The notes below the pieces were generated by a model, which worked only from the letters and a program-made list of their open reading frames with translations, was not told the DNA's origin and did not search any database. Source: Gemmatimonadota bacterium (GTDB lineage: Bacteria > Gemmatimonadota > Gemmatimonadetes > Gemmatimonadales > Gemmatimonadaceae). Taken from it: 64,000 bases of DNA. The DNA is taken from NCBI GenBank assembly GCA_031372565.1, contig JANMLN010000054.1, positions 13,492-77,491 of the forward strand. Direction: 5' to 3'. Below are positions 1 through 7,760 of the stretch, one piece after another (positions within the stretch are counted from its first letter, which is position 1; each line of letters begins with the position of its first letter). Both the position numbers and the translations under genes were made by a program.

Positions 1-1897
1 GAAGCTGCCAGCTGACCGGTTCGAGAGTGCGAAGGCATTCGCCGAGGCGCTGGTGAATCGCACGTGGACGAGCACGGCATTTACCGATGGGGGCGCTGGG
101 CTGTACGCGGGCGCTGGTCGCGCGAGTCGGCGCGCGCTCGTGGCGGTGAGTGCCGTGGCGGTGCTGGCCACCGCGGTGGCGGGGTGGGCGCTGTTACGCC
201 CGGCACCCGCGCCGCGGGTCGCGCGCTTCGCCCTGCTCCTGCCCGACAGCCAAGCGCTCGGCGCAGGGAACGGCACGCTGGCGACGCTGACGCCCGACGG
301 ACGCACGTTGGTGTACGTGTCTGGCGACGGCGCACTGCGGCGCCTGTGGGTGCGCCCGCTTGACCGGCTCGATGCCGCTTCGTTGGCCGGCACCGAGAAT
401 GCGCTGAATCCAGCGGTGTCGCCGGACGGTACGCGCATCGCCTTCGTCACGTCTTCGAGCCCGCGCGCGCTCAAGGTGGTGCCACTGACCGGAGGGCCGG
501 TGCTCATGCTCACCGACTCGCTCGTGGACCTGGGCGGCGTTTCGTGGGGGCATGATGGCTACATCTATTACGACGGCCACCTCGAGGGCGACGGCATCGC
601 GCGCATCAAGGAGACCGGCGGGCGACCCGAGATCGCGTCGCGGCCCGATACCAGCCGAGGTGAGACGTTTCACAACGTGCCAAGTGCGCTGCCGAACGGG
701 CGCGGGGTGCTGATGGTGGTGCGGTCCGTGACCCGCAAGGGAGTCGGGTACGACGTTGCCGTGCTCGACACCAAGTCGGGGACGCACCGCGTGCTGGTGA
801 GTGGCGTGTCCGCGCAGTATGCCGAAAGTGGTCACTTGGTGTACGTGACCGCGACGGGCATGCTGATGGCGGCCCCGTTCGACCCGAGCGCGCTTCGGAT
901 CACCGGGGACGCGGTGCTCGTGGGAGACGGCGTGGCGGTTCGCGGGGCGACGCGCGTGACACTCGCCACGTCGCACGACGGCACGCTGGCGTACGTCGCG
1001 GGGCTGGCGCGGGGCGTAAAGCGCGAGCTGGTGTGGGTCGGCCGCGACGGCGTGGCGCGCGCGGTGGATTCGTCGTGGACCGGCGACCTGGCGGGCCGTC
1101 CGGTGCTCTCGCCTGATGGGCGCTCTGCGGCGGTGACCATGCGGGGTCCCGCCGAGTTGCAGGTGTGGGTCAAGCAGCTCGACCGCGGCCCGGCAACACG
1201 CGTGGCGGACGTGGGTGCCGCTCCGTCGTGGTCACCCGGTGGGAAGTCGTTGGTCTTCCAGGTGCCGGGCAGCGGGACGCTGCAAACGGTGCCCGCCGAC
1301 GGGAGCGTACTGCCGTCGGCCATCCCGGGCGTCGGCACGGGGGCGCAGTTCTCCTCCGATGGCAAGTGGCTGGTCTACACCTCTCGTGGTGACATCTTCG
1401 GCCAGCGCACCGATGGTGACACGACGCCGGTCGCGCTGGTACAGGACCCCGGTACCCAGGGAAACCCCACCCTGTCCCCCGATGGTCGATGGCTCGCCTA
1501 TCAATCGGACGAGACCGGGACGATTCAGGTCTATGTGCGGCCGTTCCCCGACACCAAGGTGGCCAAGCGGCAGGTGTCAACCGTGGCCTCGTATGCGGCG
1601 CGCTGGTCGCGATCGGGGCGTGAGCTGTTCTACTTCGGAAGTGACGCCAGCGGCCTGACCAGCCTCTACTCCGTGGATGTCATTCCGGGTGTCGCCTTCA
1701 CGACCGGCACGCCCAAGCCGCTGTTTTCGGCGGCGCCGTTCGGGCCCACCGCCACGAACACCTTCGACGTCAGCCCGGATGGGCAGCGGTTCCTGTTCTC
1801 GCGCGCGGTGGGGAGTGGAGCCGCCGAGGCGCAGCGGGACCGGATCGTGATCGTGCAGAACTTCGCGGCGGAGTTGAAGGCCAAAGTCGGGAAGTAG
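1..1897 (+). CDS. Ser/Thr protein kinase (5' end outside window) with TM segment and TolB/PD40-type beta-propeller
   Basis: Frame 2 is open from nt 2 (KLPADRFESAKAFAEALV, a typical end of a Hanks kinase domain) and runs into ORF 53..1897. Hydrophobic segment ALVAVSAVAVLATAVAGWALL. Seven PD40-like repeats: LTPDGRTLVYVS, VSPDGTRIAFVT, LSPDGRSAAVT, WSPGGKSLVF, FSSDGKWLVYTS, LSPDGRWLAYQS, VSPDGQRFLFS. Confidence 0.85.
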   Translation, partial: KLPADRFESAKAFAEALVNRTWTSTAFTDGGAGLYAGAGRASRRALVAVSAVAVLATAVAGWALLRPAPAPRVARFALLLPDSQALGAGNGTLATLTPDGRTLVYVSGDGALRRLWVRPLDRLDAASLAGTENALNPAVSPDGTRIAFVTSSSPRALKVVPLTGGPVLMLTDSLVDLGGVSWGHDGYIYYDGHLEGDGIARIKETGGRPEIASRPDTSRGETFHNVPSALPNGRGVLMVVRSVTRKGVGYDVAVLDTKSGTHRVLVSGVSAQYAESGHLVYVTATGMLMAAPFDPSALRITGDAVLVGDGVAVRGATRVTLATSHDGTLAYVAGLARGVKRELVWVGRDGVARAVDSSWTGDLAGRPVLSPDGRSAAVTMRGPAELQVWVKQLDRGPATRVADVGAAPSWSPGGKSLVFQVPGSGTLQTVPADGSVLPSAIPGVGTGAQFSSDGKWLVYTSRGDIFGQRTDGDTTPVALVQDPGTQGNPTLSPDGRWLAYQSDETGTIQVYVRPFPDTKVAKRQVSTVASYAARWSRSGRELFYFGSDASGLTSLYSVDVIPGVAFTTGTPKPLFSAAPFGPTATNTFDVSPDGQRFLFSRAVGSGAAEAQRDRIVIVQNFAAELKAKVGK

Positions 1898-1916
1898 ACG
1901 CTGGCGGGAGTGGGAG

Positions 1917-2081
1917 AGCGCGCTGTACTACGTGATGCCCAACCTGCAGGGGCGGTCGCTGCGCGACCGCATGAACGCGGTGGGGCAGCTGCCCGTGGCC
2001 GACGCGGTGCGCATCGCCACCGAAGTCGCCGGCGCCCTTGACCACGCCCACCGGCACGACGTCGGGCACCGCGACATCAAG
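1917..2081 (+). pseudogene. Hanks-type Ser/Thr kinase fragment (subdomains V-VIb only)
   Basis: The frame of ORF 1932..2180 reads ESALYYVMPNLQGRSLRDRMNAVGQLPVADAVRIATEVAGALDHAHRHDVGHRDIK. This is colinear with FYVMPFVAGETLRHRLDREKQLPVDDALAIAREVADALDYAHRQHVVHRDIKPEN of the intact kinase at 10610. No GxGxxG or AxK lies upstream, and similarity stops right after HRDIK (codon 2079-2081). Confidence 0.6.
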
Positions 2082-2176
2082 CGCGAGCGTGTCGACCGCG
2101 AAGAGCTGTCGGAGCCGCGCCGCCCACCGGCGGGTGGCGCACCACCCGTCGTCCAGGGTTGCGTCTGCGCCAGCGC

Positions 2177-3265
2177 CTAGCGCTTGAGCCAGATCACGAT
2201 CACCGGCGGGGGACGCACTCCCGCGCATCCGCAGGGCGACTCGATCGGAAACCGGGCGCACGCGCTTCGCGAGTTCTCGGCCCCGTCGGCGTAGATCTCC
2301 ACCGCGTCCACCTGATCGGCGAAGACGGTCTGCAGCGGCGAGAACGGAATGCCGGCGGGATCCCTCGGGAGCGCCGGCGTCCCGCGCAGGGGGCGCGCCG
2401 GATCCTCGAGTCGCTGATGGCCGTCGATCAGCACGCAGGCGTTCCCCCACCCGACGTTCTTCACCATCCCGAGGGCACGCTCCCGGATGGCCCAGTTCAT
2501 CGGTGCCCGCCCCGCCCGCGCCAGATCCTCACTCGTGAGCAGATCCGAATTCACCCCCGCCATCCGGCGGCGCGACTCGAACTCCTGCCGCGTCACGCTG
2601 TCGCGCGCGCCGTAGCCGCTCCGCTCGCGCACCTCCACGGCCGCCAGCCGCTGCGCGAGCGGCTCGAGCTGCACGGTCACGTTGCGCTCCAACTGCTTGG
2701 TCATCTCGAGGCCGCGCACATGCGGCCGATAGCCGAGCTTGCGCACGCGCAGCAGGTAGCGTCCCGGGGCGACGTCGAGAAAGAGGAATCCCCCGTCGGC
2801 CCGCGTGCGCATCACGCGGCTCGCCCCCTCCACGCGCACCTCGGCGTCGGCCAGCGGATGTCCCTCCGCATCGAGCACGAGCCCCCCAAGCTCATTGAAC
2901 ACCGTGGCCCGCACGTCCACCGCGTCCAACCGCTGCGCCAAGGGACCGAGGGTCACCTTCACCTCGGTGACGCGGCCGTCCGGCAGGGCAAGCGGGAACT
3001 CCACCGGCTCGAACCCAAGCTTGCGGAAGACCAGCACGTAGTCGTCGGGCGGCAGCCCGGTCAGGGAGAAGCGTCCGTCGGCCCGGGTGCGCGCCCGGAT
3101 CGCGGTCTCGCGCACCACCACGTCCACGTCGGCCACCGGTCGCCCCGCGGTGTCCACCACCACCCCGGTGAGCCCGCCGCGCACGCGCACGCTGTCCTGC
3201 GCCTGCGCTCCCCTGGGCAGGGCCAGCAGGGCCAGCAGGGCCAGTGCCGCACCCGCGCGTCTCAC
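2177..3265 (-). CDS. Secreted protein with two CarboxypepD_reg-like domains and a plug-like C-terminal module
   Basis: ORF 2177..3349. The probable GTG start at 3265 gives signal peptide RRAGAALALLALLALPRGAQAQ. Two carboxypeptidase-regulatory-fold repeats: GVVVDTAGRPVADVDVVVRETAIRARTRADGRFSLTGLPPDDYVLVFRKLGF and GLVLDAEGHPLADAEVRVEGASRVMRTRADGGFLFLDVAPGRYLLRVRKLGY. The start codon is uncertain. Confidence 0.8.
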   Translation of the reverse strand: MRRAGAALALLALLALPRGAQAQDSVRVRGGLTGVVVDTAGRPVADVDVVVRETAIRARTRADGRFSLTGLPPDDYVLVFRKLGFEPVEFPLALPDGRVTEVKVTLGPLAQRLDAVDVRATVFNELGGLVLDAEGHPLADAEVRVEGASRVMRTRADGGFLFLDVAPGRYLLRVRKLGYRPHVRGLEMTKQLERNVTVQLEPLAQRLAAVEVRERSGYGARDSVTRQEFESRRRMAGVNSDLLTSEDLARAGRAPMNWAIRERALGMVKNVGWGNACVLIDGHQRLEDPARPLRGTPALPRDPAGIPFSPLQTVFADQVDAVEIYADGAENSRSACARFPIESPCGCAGVRPPPVIVIWLKR

Positions 3266-3453
3266 GTATGCATCCGCACCATCACGATGGACACCGGCCG
3301 CGCCGCATCGCACGCGCACTGCGGCATCGTGATCGGGAACCGGCTGCACGCCGTGAGCGACAGCTCCGACCCGGTGGGGAAGCGCGCCACGCTCTCCACC
3401 TGGTCGGCGAACAGCGTCTGCAGCACGGTGAAGTACGGGATCGGAATTTCCAT
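3262..3453 (-). pseudogene. Orphan copy of the C-terminal module of the 2177..3265 family (gene relic or free-standing mini-ORF)
   Basis: The 63-aa ORF MEIPIPYFTVLQTLFADQVESVARFPTGSELSLTACSRFPITMPQCACDAARPVSIVMVRMHT aligns with the last ~60 aa of the neighbouring gene. Nucleotide blocks 3397..3425 and 2308..2336 match at 25 of 29 positions. Its TGA overlaps the GTG start of the next gene (GTGA). Confidence 0.4.
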
Positions 3454-3630
3454 GGGGGGTCGATCAACTCTTCAGCGAGGATACGGCGCGATTGCGGACC
3501 TCGCCAGCGCCGAATAGCGGGCGGCAGCGTGCCCGCCGTCTCGGTCGCGCGCCGCCGGGGCCGTGCGACCGGCGATCACCGTGGGGCGGCGATACGGGCG
3601 GGACCGAGCGGTAGCGGTCGCCGCGCGCGC

Positions 3631-4773
3631 TCACGGCACCACGACCAACCCCGCCGCCCCTCCCAGCTCGTCATCCACGCGCGCCATTCCGGCCGGTGGT
3701 CCCCACCCCCCGCCATTCACGCGCAGCGCCACCCGGTGCGAACCCGGCGGCAATGGCACGCGGACGCGAAAGCGCGTCCCGTCGCGCGCGAGCGGGATCG
3801 CGGCCCAGGCGCTGAACGACGCGCTGTACTCTACCCGCGCGTCGGGGGGCGCGTCCACCTCGAGGGTGAGCGTGGTGGCGCCGTCGGCCGCGCGCTCCAC
3901 CAGCGCCCGTCCCACGGCGGCGAACGCCGGCAACGTCGAGGCCGCTCCGCCCACGTTCCACCGCCAGCGCAGCGCGGCGCTGACGAGCCGCATCTCCGGC
4001 GTGCCACGCACGGGATCGGCCAGCTGCTCGCCGCCGAACACCGAGAGCCCCAGCTGCGGGGTGAGCGCGGCCTGCACTCCGGCCGTGAACGCCCGGCTGC
4101 TCCCCGTGGTGGCCTGCCAGCCCCGGCGCCAGGACCCGGACACGAACCAGTCGAGCGGCGCGGTGCGGAGCTGCACCGACACCGTGGCGTCGCGCAGGTT
4201 GTACGCCGATGCGGCCCGCGACAGCGTGTACCCCGCGGCCTCGATCAGCGCCCAGTCGGCGGTGCGCCACTGCCGCCCCTCGACCCCGACCACCGCGGGC
4301 CCCATCGCCGCACTCCCGCCGAGCGCGACCATCGTGTTGTCGCTCGCCAGCACTCGGCGCTGCATGTCGCCGAGGGCACCCGTGGCCCAGAACGCCAAGG
4401 GCCCGGCCGCCACGACGTGCCGCGTGGTGAGGCTGCGGCTCGTGCCTGACGCGCTGCCGCCATCGAAGAGGGCGAGCGACGCCCCGAGTTCGGCGCGCCA
4501 CCACGACGCGAACCGCGGCACGAACTCCGCACCGGCGGTGGCGACGCTGGCCAGTGCGCCCTCGCCGCCAGCGGAGAGCGCGAGCGCGGCCACCCAGCTC
4601 AGCTGTTCACCCGAACGGCGCAGCCCGGCCCCGACGAAACCGGCCGCAGTAGGGCTGAACGCGGGTTGCGATACGCTCGCCGCTCCCGCGTCGAGCGTGA
4701 CCACCGTGCCCTGCGCCCGTGCGACACCAGCAACGACGAAAGGGATGAGCCCCATGAGGCCCATCCCGCTCAC
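3631..4773 (-). CDS. Exported beta-rich (possibly OM beta-barrel) protein with C-terminal CBM48/E-set-like domain
   Basis: Signal peptide MSGMGLMGLIPFVVAGVARAQG. About 280 aa with alternating hydrophobic/small residues ending ...LRWRW. C-terminal module LTLEVDAPPDARVEYSASFSAWAAIPLARDGTRFRVRVPLPPGSHRVALRVNGGGWGPP resembles the AMPK-beta/CBM48 signature. Confidence 0.7.
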   Translation of the reverse strand: MSGMGLMGLIPFVVAGVARAQGTVVTLDAGAASVSQPAFSPTAAGFVGAGLRRSGEQLSWVAALALSAGGEGALASVATAGAEFVPRFASWWRAELGASLALFDGGSASGTSRSLTTRHVVAAGPLAFWATGALGDMQRRVLASDNTMVALGGSAAMGPAVVGVEGRQWRTADWALIEAAGYTLSRAASAYNLRDATVSVQLRTAPLDWFVSGSWRRGWQATTGSSRAFTAGVQAALTPQLGLSVFGGEQLADPVRGTPEMRLVSAALRWRWNVGGAASTLPAFAAVGRALVERAADGATTLTLEVDAPPDARVEYSASFSAWAAIPLARDGTRFRVRVPLPPGSHRVALRVNGGGWGPPAGMARVDDELGGAAGLVVVP

Positions 4774-4834
4774 TCGCGTGCGCAGGGCGGCGGCGACTAT
4801 CCCGATCGGATCTCCAACGGTGGTGCCACGGCGT

Positions 4835-5536
4835 CTAGGGCTTCGGTCGAAGCGGCTGCGAAGGCTGAGCGGGCCCTGTGGGGGGCGTCGTGACAGTGCT
4901 CAGCGATCCGGACACCGCGCCCACGCGAAGGGTAAACGCCACGCCGGGGGCCATGCCAGCGGCGATGTCGGCCTGCACGGCGCCGTTGAGCGCCACCAGT
5001 TGTGTGGGCGTGGCCCCTTGGTCGAGCAGCGATCGCACTTGCGCCGCGGCACGGGCCACCGGGACTCCGCTGGCCACCAGCTGCGTCATGACGCCCAGCG
5101 GCACGGTGAGCGGCGCCACCGGCCATCGCTTGCGCAGCTCCCGCAGCACGCTCGCGCCCACCCCCACCTGCAACGCTGACGCGCCCGCCGCCACCTCGTC
5201 GCCCGAGACGGCCACGGCCAGCGCGTCGTTCGCGATCTCGAGCCGCGCGCCCAGCAGCTGCACCGCCTCGGCGATGCGCGCCGCCGGCGCCTGTTTCGCC
5301 ATCCCCTCCTGCAGCTTGGTGAGCATCGGCGCCGTGGGCACCCCCTTGGCACTCGCCTTGGCCACCGCCACGCGAATCACCTCGCGCGCCGCGTCGTCGC
5401 GCAGGGCGTCGAGCGCGCCGGCCTGCGCGAGCATCGCGCGTGCGTCGAAGGTGCCCGCGATGATGGCGACGATCGCGAGGCGCGCGAGGTGCGTGAGGTG
5501 CGCTGGGGCACGGGTGACGCGGCGCGCGCGGCTCAC
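4835..5536 (-). CDS. Membrane-anchored alpha-helical protein with an internal duplication; hypothetical
   Basis: The GTG start at 5536 overlaps the TGA of the anti-sigma gene (GTGA). N-terminal hydrophobic anchor LARLAIVAIIAG. Two similar about 60-aa units (GVPTAPMLTKLQEGMAKQAPAARIAEAVQLL and PVAPLTVPLGVMTQLVASGVPVARAAAQVRSLL). Pro-rich tail. Confidence 0.6.
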   Translation of the reverse strand: MSRARRVTRAPAHLTHLARLAIVAIIAGTFDARAMLAQAGALDALRDDAAREVIRVAVAKASAKGVPTAPMLTKLQEGMAKQAPAARIAEAVQLLGARLEIANDALAVAVSGDEVAAGASALQVGVGASVLRELRKRWPVAPLTVPLGVMTQLVASGVPVARAAAQVRSLLDQGATPTQLVALNGAVQADIAAGMAPGVAFTLRVGAVSGSLSTVTTPPTGPAQPSQPLRPKP

Positions 5537-6171
5537 GGCGCCTGCACCATCAGCACGGAGCCCGGCTTCCCGAAGTCGGCATCGGCGGCGCGCGGCGCGC
5601 GCGGATCGGCCACCCAGCGCGTGCCATCCACCAGGAACGCGTACTCGTGACGGCCCGGCGGCACCAGCACCACCGCCGCCCACGCCTGCCCCCGCTCCAC
5701 GCGCTGCATGGGCGCGGCCGTGGGCAGCCACCCGTTGAAGTCGCCGATCACCGACACCGATGAGGCTGCGGGATCATCGAGCACGAACTGCACGGCGACA
5801 CGTCCGGACGAGGCGCCCGCCGCGAGCGTGGGCGTCGTCCCCGTGCGCGGCGCATCGGCGTCGGAACTGGTGCCGAGCACGCGGCCCGACACGCCGGCGG
5901 TTGCCGTCGCCACCTCGCCGCTGCGCGACGCCACCATGCCGCGCGCCACGAAGCCGATCAGCAGCGCGGTGGCGGCCACGGCCCCGAGTCCGGCCAACGA
6001 CACCGTCGGCGTGCCGAACCAGTCGGTGAGCCGTTCCCAGGCCGAGCGTTCACGCGGCACGCGTCCCGCCGTGGCCGCGAGCACGCGCGCAATGGACGCC
6101 GGCGCCACGCTCGGCAGCGGCGCGAGCGCGGTGCGCATCCGGTCGATCAGTTCGTCGCGGTCATCCGTCAT
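5533..6171 (-). CDS. Single-pass anti-sigma factor with periplasmic CBM48/AMPK-beta glycogen-binding-like domain
   Basis: Lies immediately after the ECF sigma gene and overlaps it by 11 nt. TM segment VSLAGLGAVAATALLIGFVA. C-terminus VAVQFVLDDPAASSVSVIGDFNGWLPTAAPMQRVERGQAWAAVVLVPPGRHEYAFLVDGTRWVADP matches the V.V.GxFNxW..G.W..L.PG.Y.Y.F.VDG.W..DP pattern. No HxxxCxxC zinc motif. Confidence 0.8.
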   Translation of the reverse strand: MTDDRDELIDRMRTALAPLPSVAPASIARVLAATAGRVPRERSAWERLTDWFGTPTVSLAGLGAVAATALLIGFVARGMVASRSGEVATATAGVSGRVLGTSSDADAPRTGTTPTLAAGASSGRVAVQFVLDDPAASSVSVIGDFNGWLPTAAPMQRVERGQAWAAVVLVPPGRHEYAFLVDGTRWVADPRAPRAADADFGKPGSVLMVQAP

Positions 6172-6706
6172 GGTTGGTCACCTCGTCGAGCAGGAGTCTC
6201 AGGGCGTCACAGGCCCGCTTCACTCGCATGCGCACCGCCGACAGGCCAACGCCGGTTGCGGTCGCGATGTCGTCGTAACTCAGCTCTTCCACGTGCCGAA
6301 GCAGAAATGCCTCGCGTTGCTCGGCCGGCAGGTGCCGGAGCGCGCGCCGCACCTCGGCCGACCAGTCGTCGTGCACCGCGGCCGGCGTGGCCGCGTCGAG
6401 CGGGAGTTCGCGATCCTCCACCACGGCCCGGTAGCGCTGCCGCTTGGCCATGGCGGTGCGGCACCGATTGGCGAGAATCCGGAAGAACCAGGGGTCGAAC
6501 GGCGCGCCGTCCACGAAGCGGGGCAGGGCATCGTGCACCCGGAGCCAACTGTCCTGCACCGCTTCCTCGGCGTCCTGCGCATCGCCGAGCATCTGGCCGG
6601 CAAAGCGCAGGGCGCGCGGGTAGTACGCCTCCACGAGCATCGCGAAGGCTTGCCGGTCACCCGTGCGGGCGCGACCAACGACGGCGGGATCGAAGGGGCC
6701 GGCCAA
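6161..6706 (-). CDS. ECF-type RNA polymerase sigma-70 family factor
   Basis: Region 2 (FAMLVEAYYPRALRFAGQMLGDAQDAEEAVQDSWLRVHDALPRF) and region 4 (LPAEQREAFLLRHVEELSYDDIATATGVGLSAVRMRVKRA) are recognisable. TTG 6706 is chosen as the start because the upstream ATG at 6781 would overlap the lipoprotein gene by 73 nt. The start is uncertain. Confidence 0.88.
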   Translation of the reverse strand: MAGPFDPAVVGRARTGDRQAFAMLVEAYYPRALRFAGQMLGDAQDAEEAVQDSWLRVHDALPRFVDGAPFDPWFFRILANRCRTAMAKRQRYRAVVEDRELPLDAATPAAVHDDWSAEVRRALRHLPAEQREAFLLRHVEELSYDDIATATGVGLSAVRMRVKRACDALRLLLDEVTNHDG

Positions 6707-6708
6707 GG

Positions 6709-7101
6709 TCAGTTGAGGGGGACCCGCAGCGATTGGATGGTGCTGTCGATCCGGATCATCGGCGTGGGGCCGAACTGCCACCAGGTCAGGTGCGCCTCAG
6801 TGTCGGCGGGGGAGTACCCGCCGATGTTGGTGTACGGCACGACCACGGTCGCGCCCGGCTGGATCGCGGCACAGGTGCTGTCGCACGGTGCGTACAGGGC
6901 CACCGCCAGGATGCTCGGACTGATGAGGAAGTACCGCACCACGTTGGACGTGGTGTTGGTGATCGTCACGTTGGGGCGGGCCACCGTCACGAGCAGGGTG
7001 CTGCCGGTCGGGCTCACCGTCAGGATCGAGCTCGCATCGCGCCCGCAGGCGGCGAACGCCAGCACGACCATCGGTACGAGGAGGAAGCGGAGCAGGCGCA
7101 T
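6709..7101 (-). CDS. Small lipoprotein, hypothetical
   Basis: The ATG at 7101 gives MRLLRFLLVPMVVLAFAAC with a lipobox (LAFAAC). The remaining about 110 aa is beta-rich. First gene of the sigma operon block. Confidence 0.7.
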   Translation of the reverse strand: MRLLRFLLVPMVVLAFAACGRDASSILTVSPTGSTLLVTVARPNVTITNTTSNVVRYFLISPSILAVALYAPCDSTCAAIQPGATVVVPYTNIGGYSPADTEAHLTWWQFGPTPMIRIDSTIQSLRVPLN

Positions 7102-7205
7102 GGACGCAGCAGTCGAAGGATGAAGGGCACGAACGGCGGTCATCCAGCCATACCCCGCCCGGGTGCGCGCCGTCACGAACCGCCGAAGCGATGCCTCGTG
7201 CGGCG

Positions 7206-7760
7206 CTACACGCCGTCGTACGTCGCCTGGTTCACGAGACTGACGAGGCTGTCGCTGCGGAATTTCAAACCGACGCCGATCGCCTCCAGTGTGCGCAGCC
7301 CCGCCCACATCATGCGCCACGGAACCGGCACGAGGATCACGCGCTTTCCGGCATCGCGGCTGAATTGCCGAAGCAACGCGGCCATCGTCGTGGCGCGAGT
7401 ATCTGCCAGCCTGACCACGCTGCCGGGCTCGCACTGCGTGGCGCGTTCCAGCAGTGCGCCGCCGAGCCCCGCGACCGGCAGCAGGTACAACGGCTGATCT
7501 CCGCGCTCAGGAACGGGAATCACGGGAAGCATGCCCGCAACCTTGCGCAGGCTGCCGCTCAGCCCTCGATTCGTCTGGTCGTATACGAATCCGAGGCGCA
7601 CACTCACGCCGCCCATCGCTGCGACGTGCCGCTCGACGGCCAGCTTCCCGCGGCCATATTCGCTTCGGCACCCATCGAATGCGCTCAGTGACGACAGGAA
7701 GAGCGTGTGCGGAACACCACACGCGCGTGCCTGCTCGAACAGCGCGGTCGATTGCGCATC
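7206..7760 (-). pseudogene. NAD-dependent epimerase/dehydratase (extended SDR) lacking its Rossmann N-terminus
   Basis: The in-frame translation LFEQARACGVPHTLFLSSLSAFDGCRSEYGRGKLAVERHVAAMGGVSVRLGFVY contains the SDR S...YxxxK catalytic motif (YGRGK, 7644..7658). No GxxGxxG region exists. The frame runs into the 3' end of the GMC gene, and there is no ATG/GTG/TTG before 7616. Confidence 0.5.

Noticed and set aside
6161-6781. Full-length 206-aa version of the ECF sigma ORF starting at ATG 6781
   Set aside because: The first about 25 codons would overlap the lipoprotein gene by 73 nt and add a non-conserved His/Pro/Asp-rich extension. TTG 6706, just after the lipoprotein stop, gives a typical about 181-aa ECF sigma. 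This remains uncertain.
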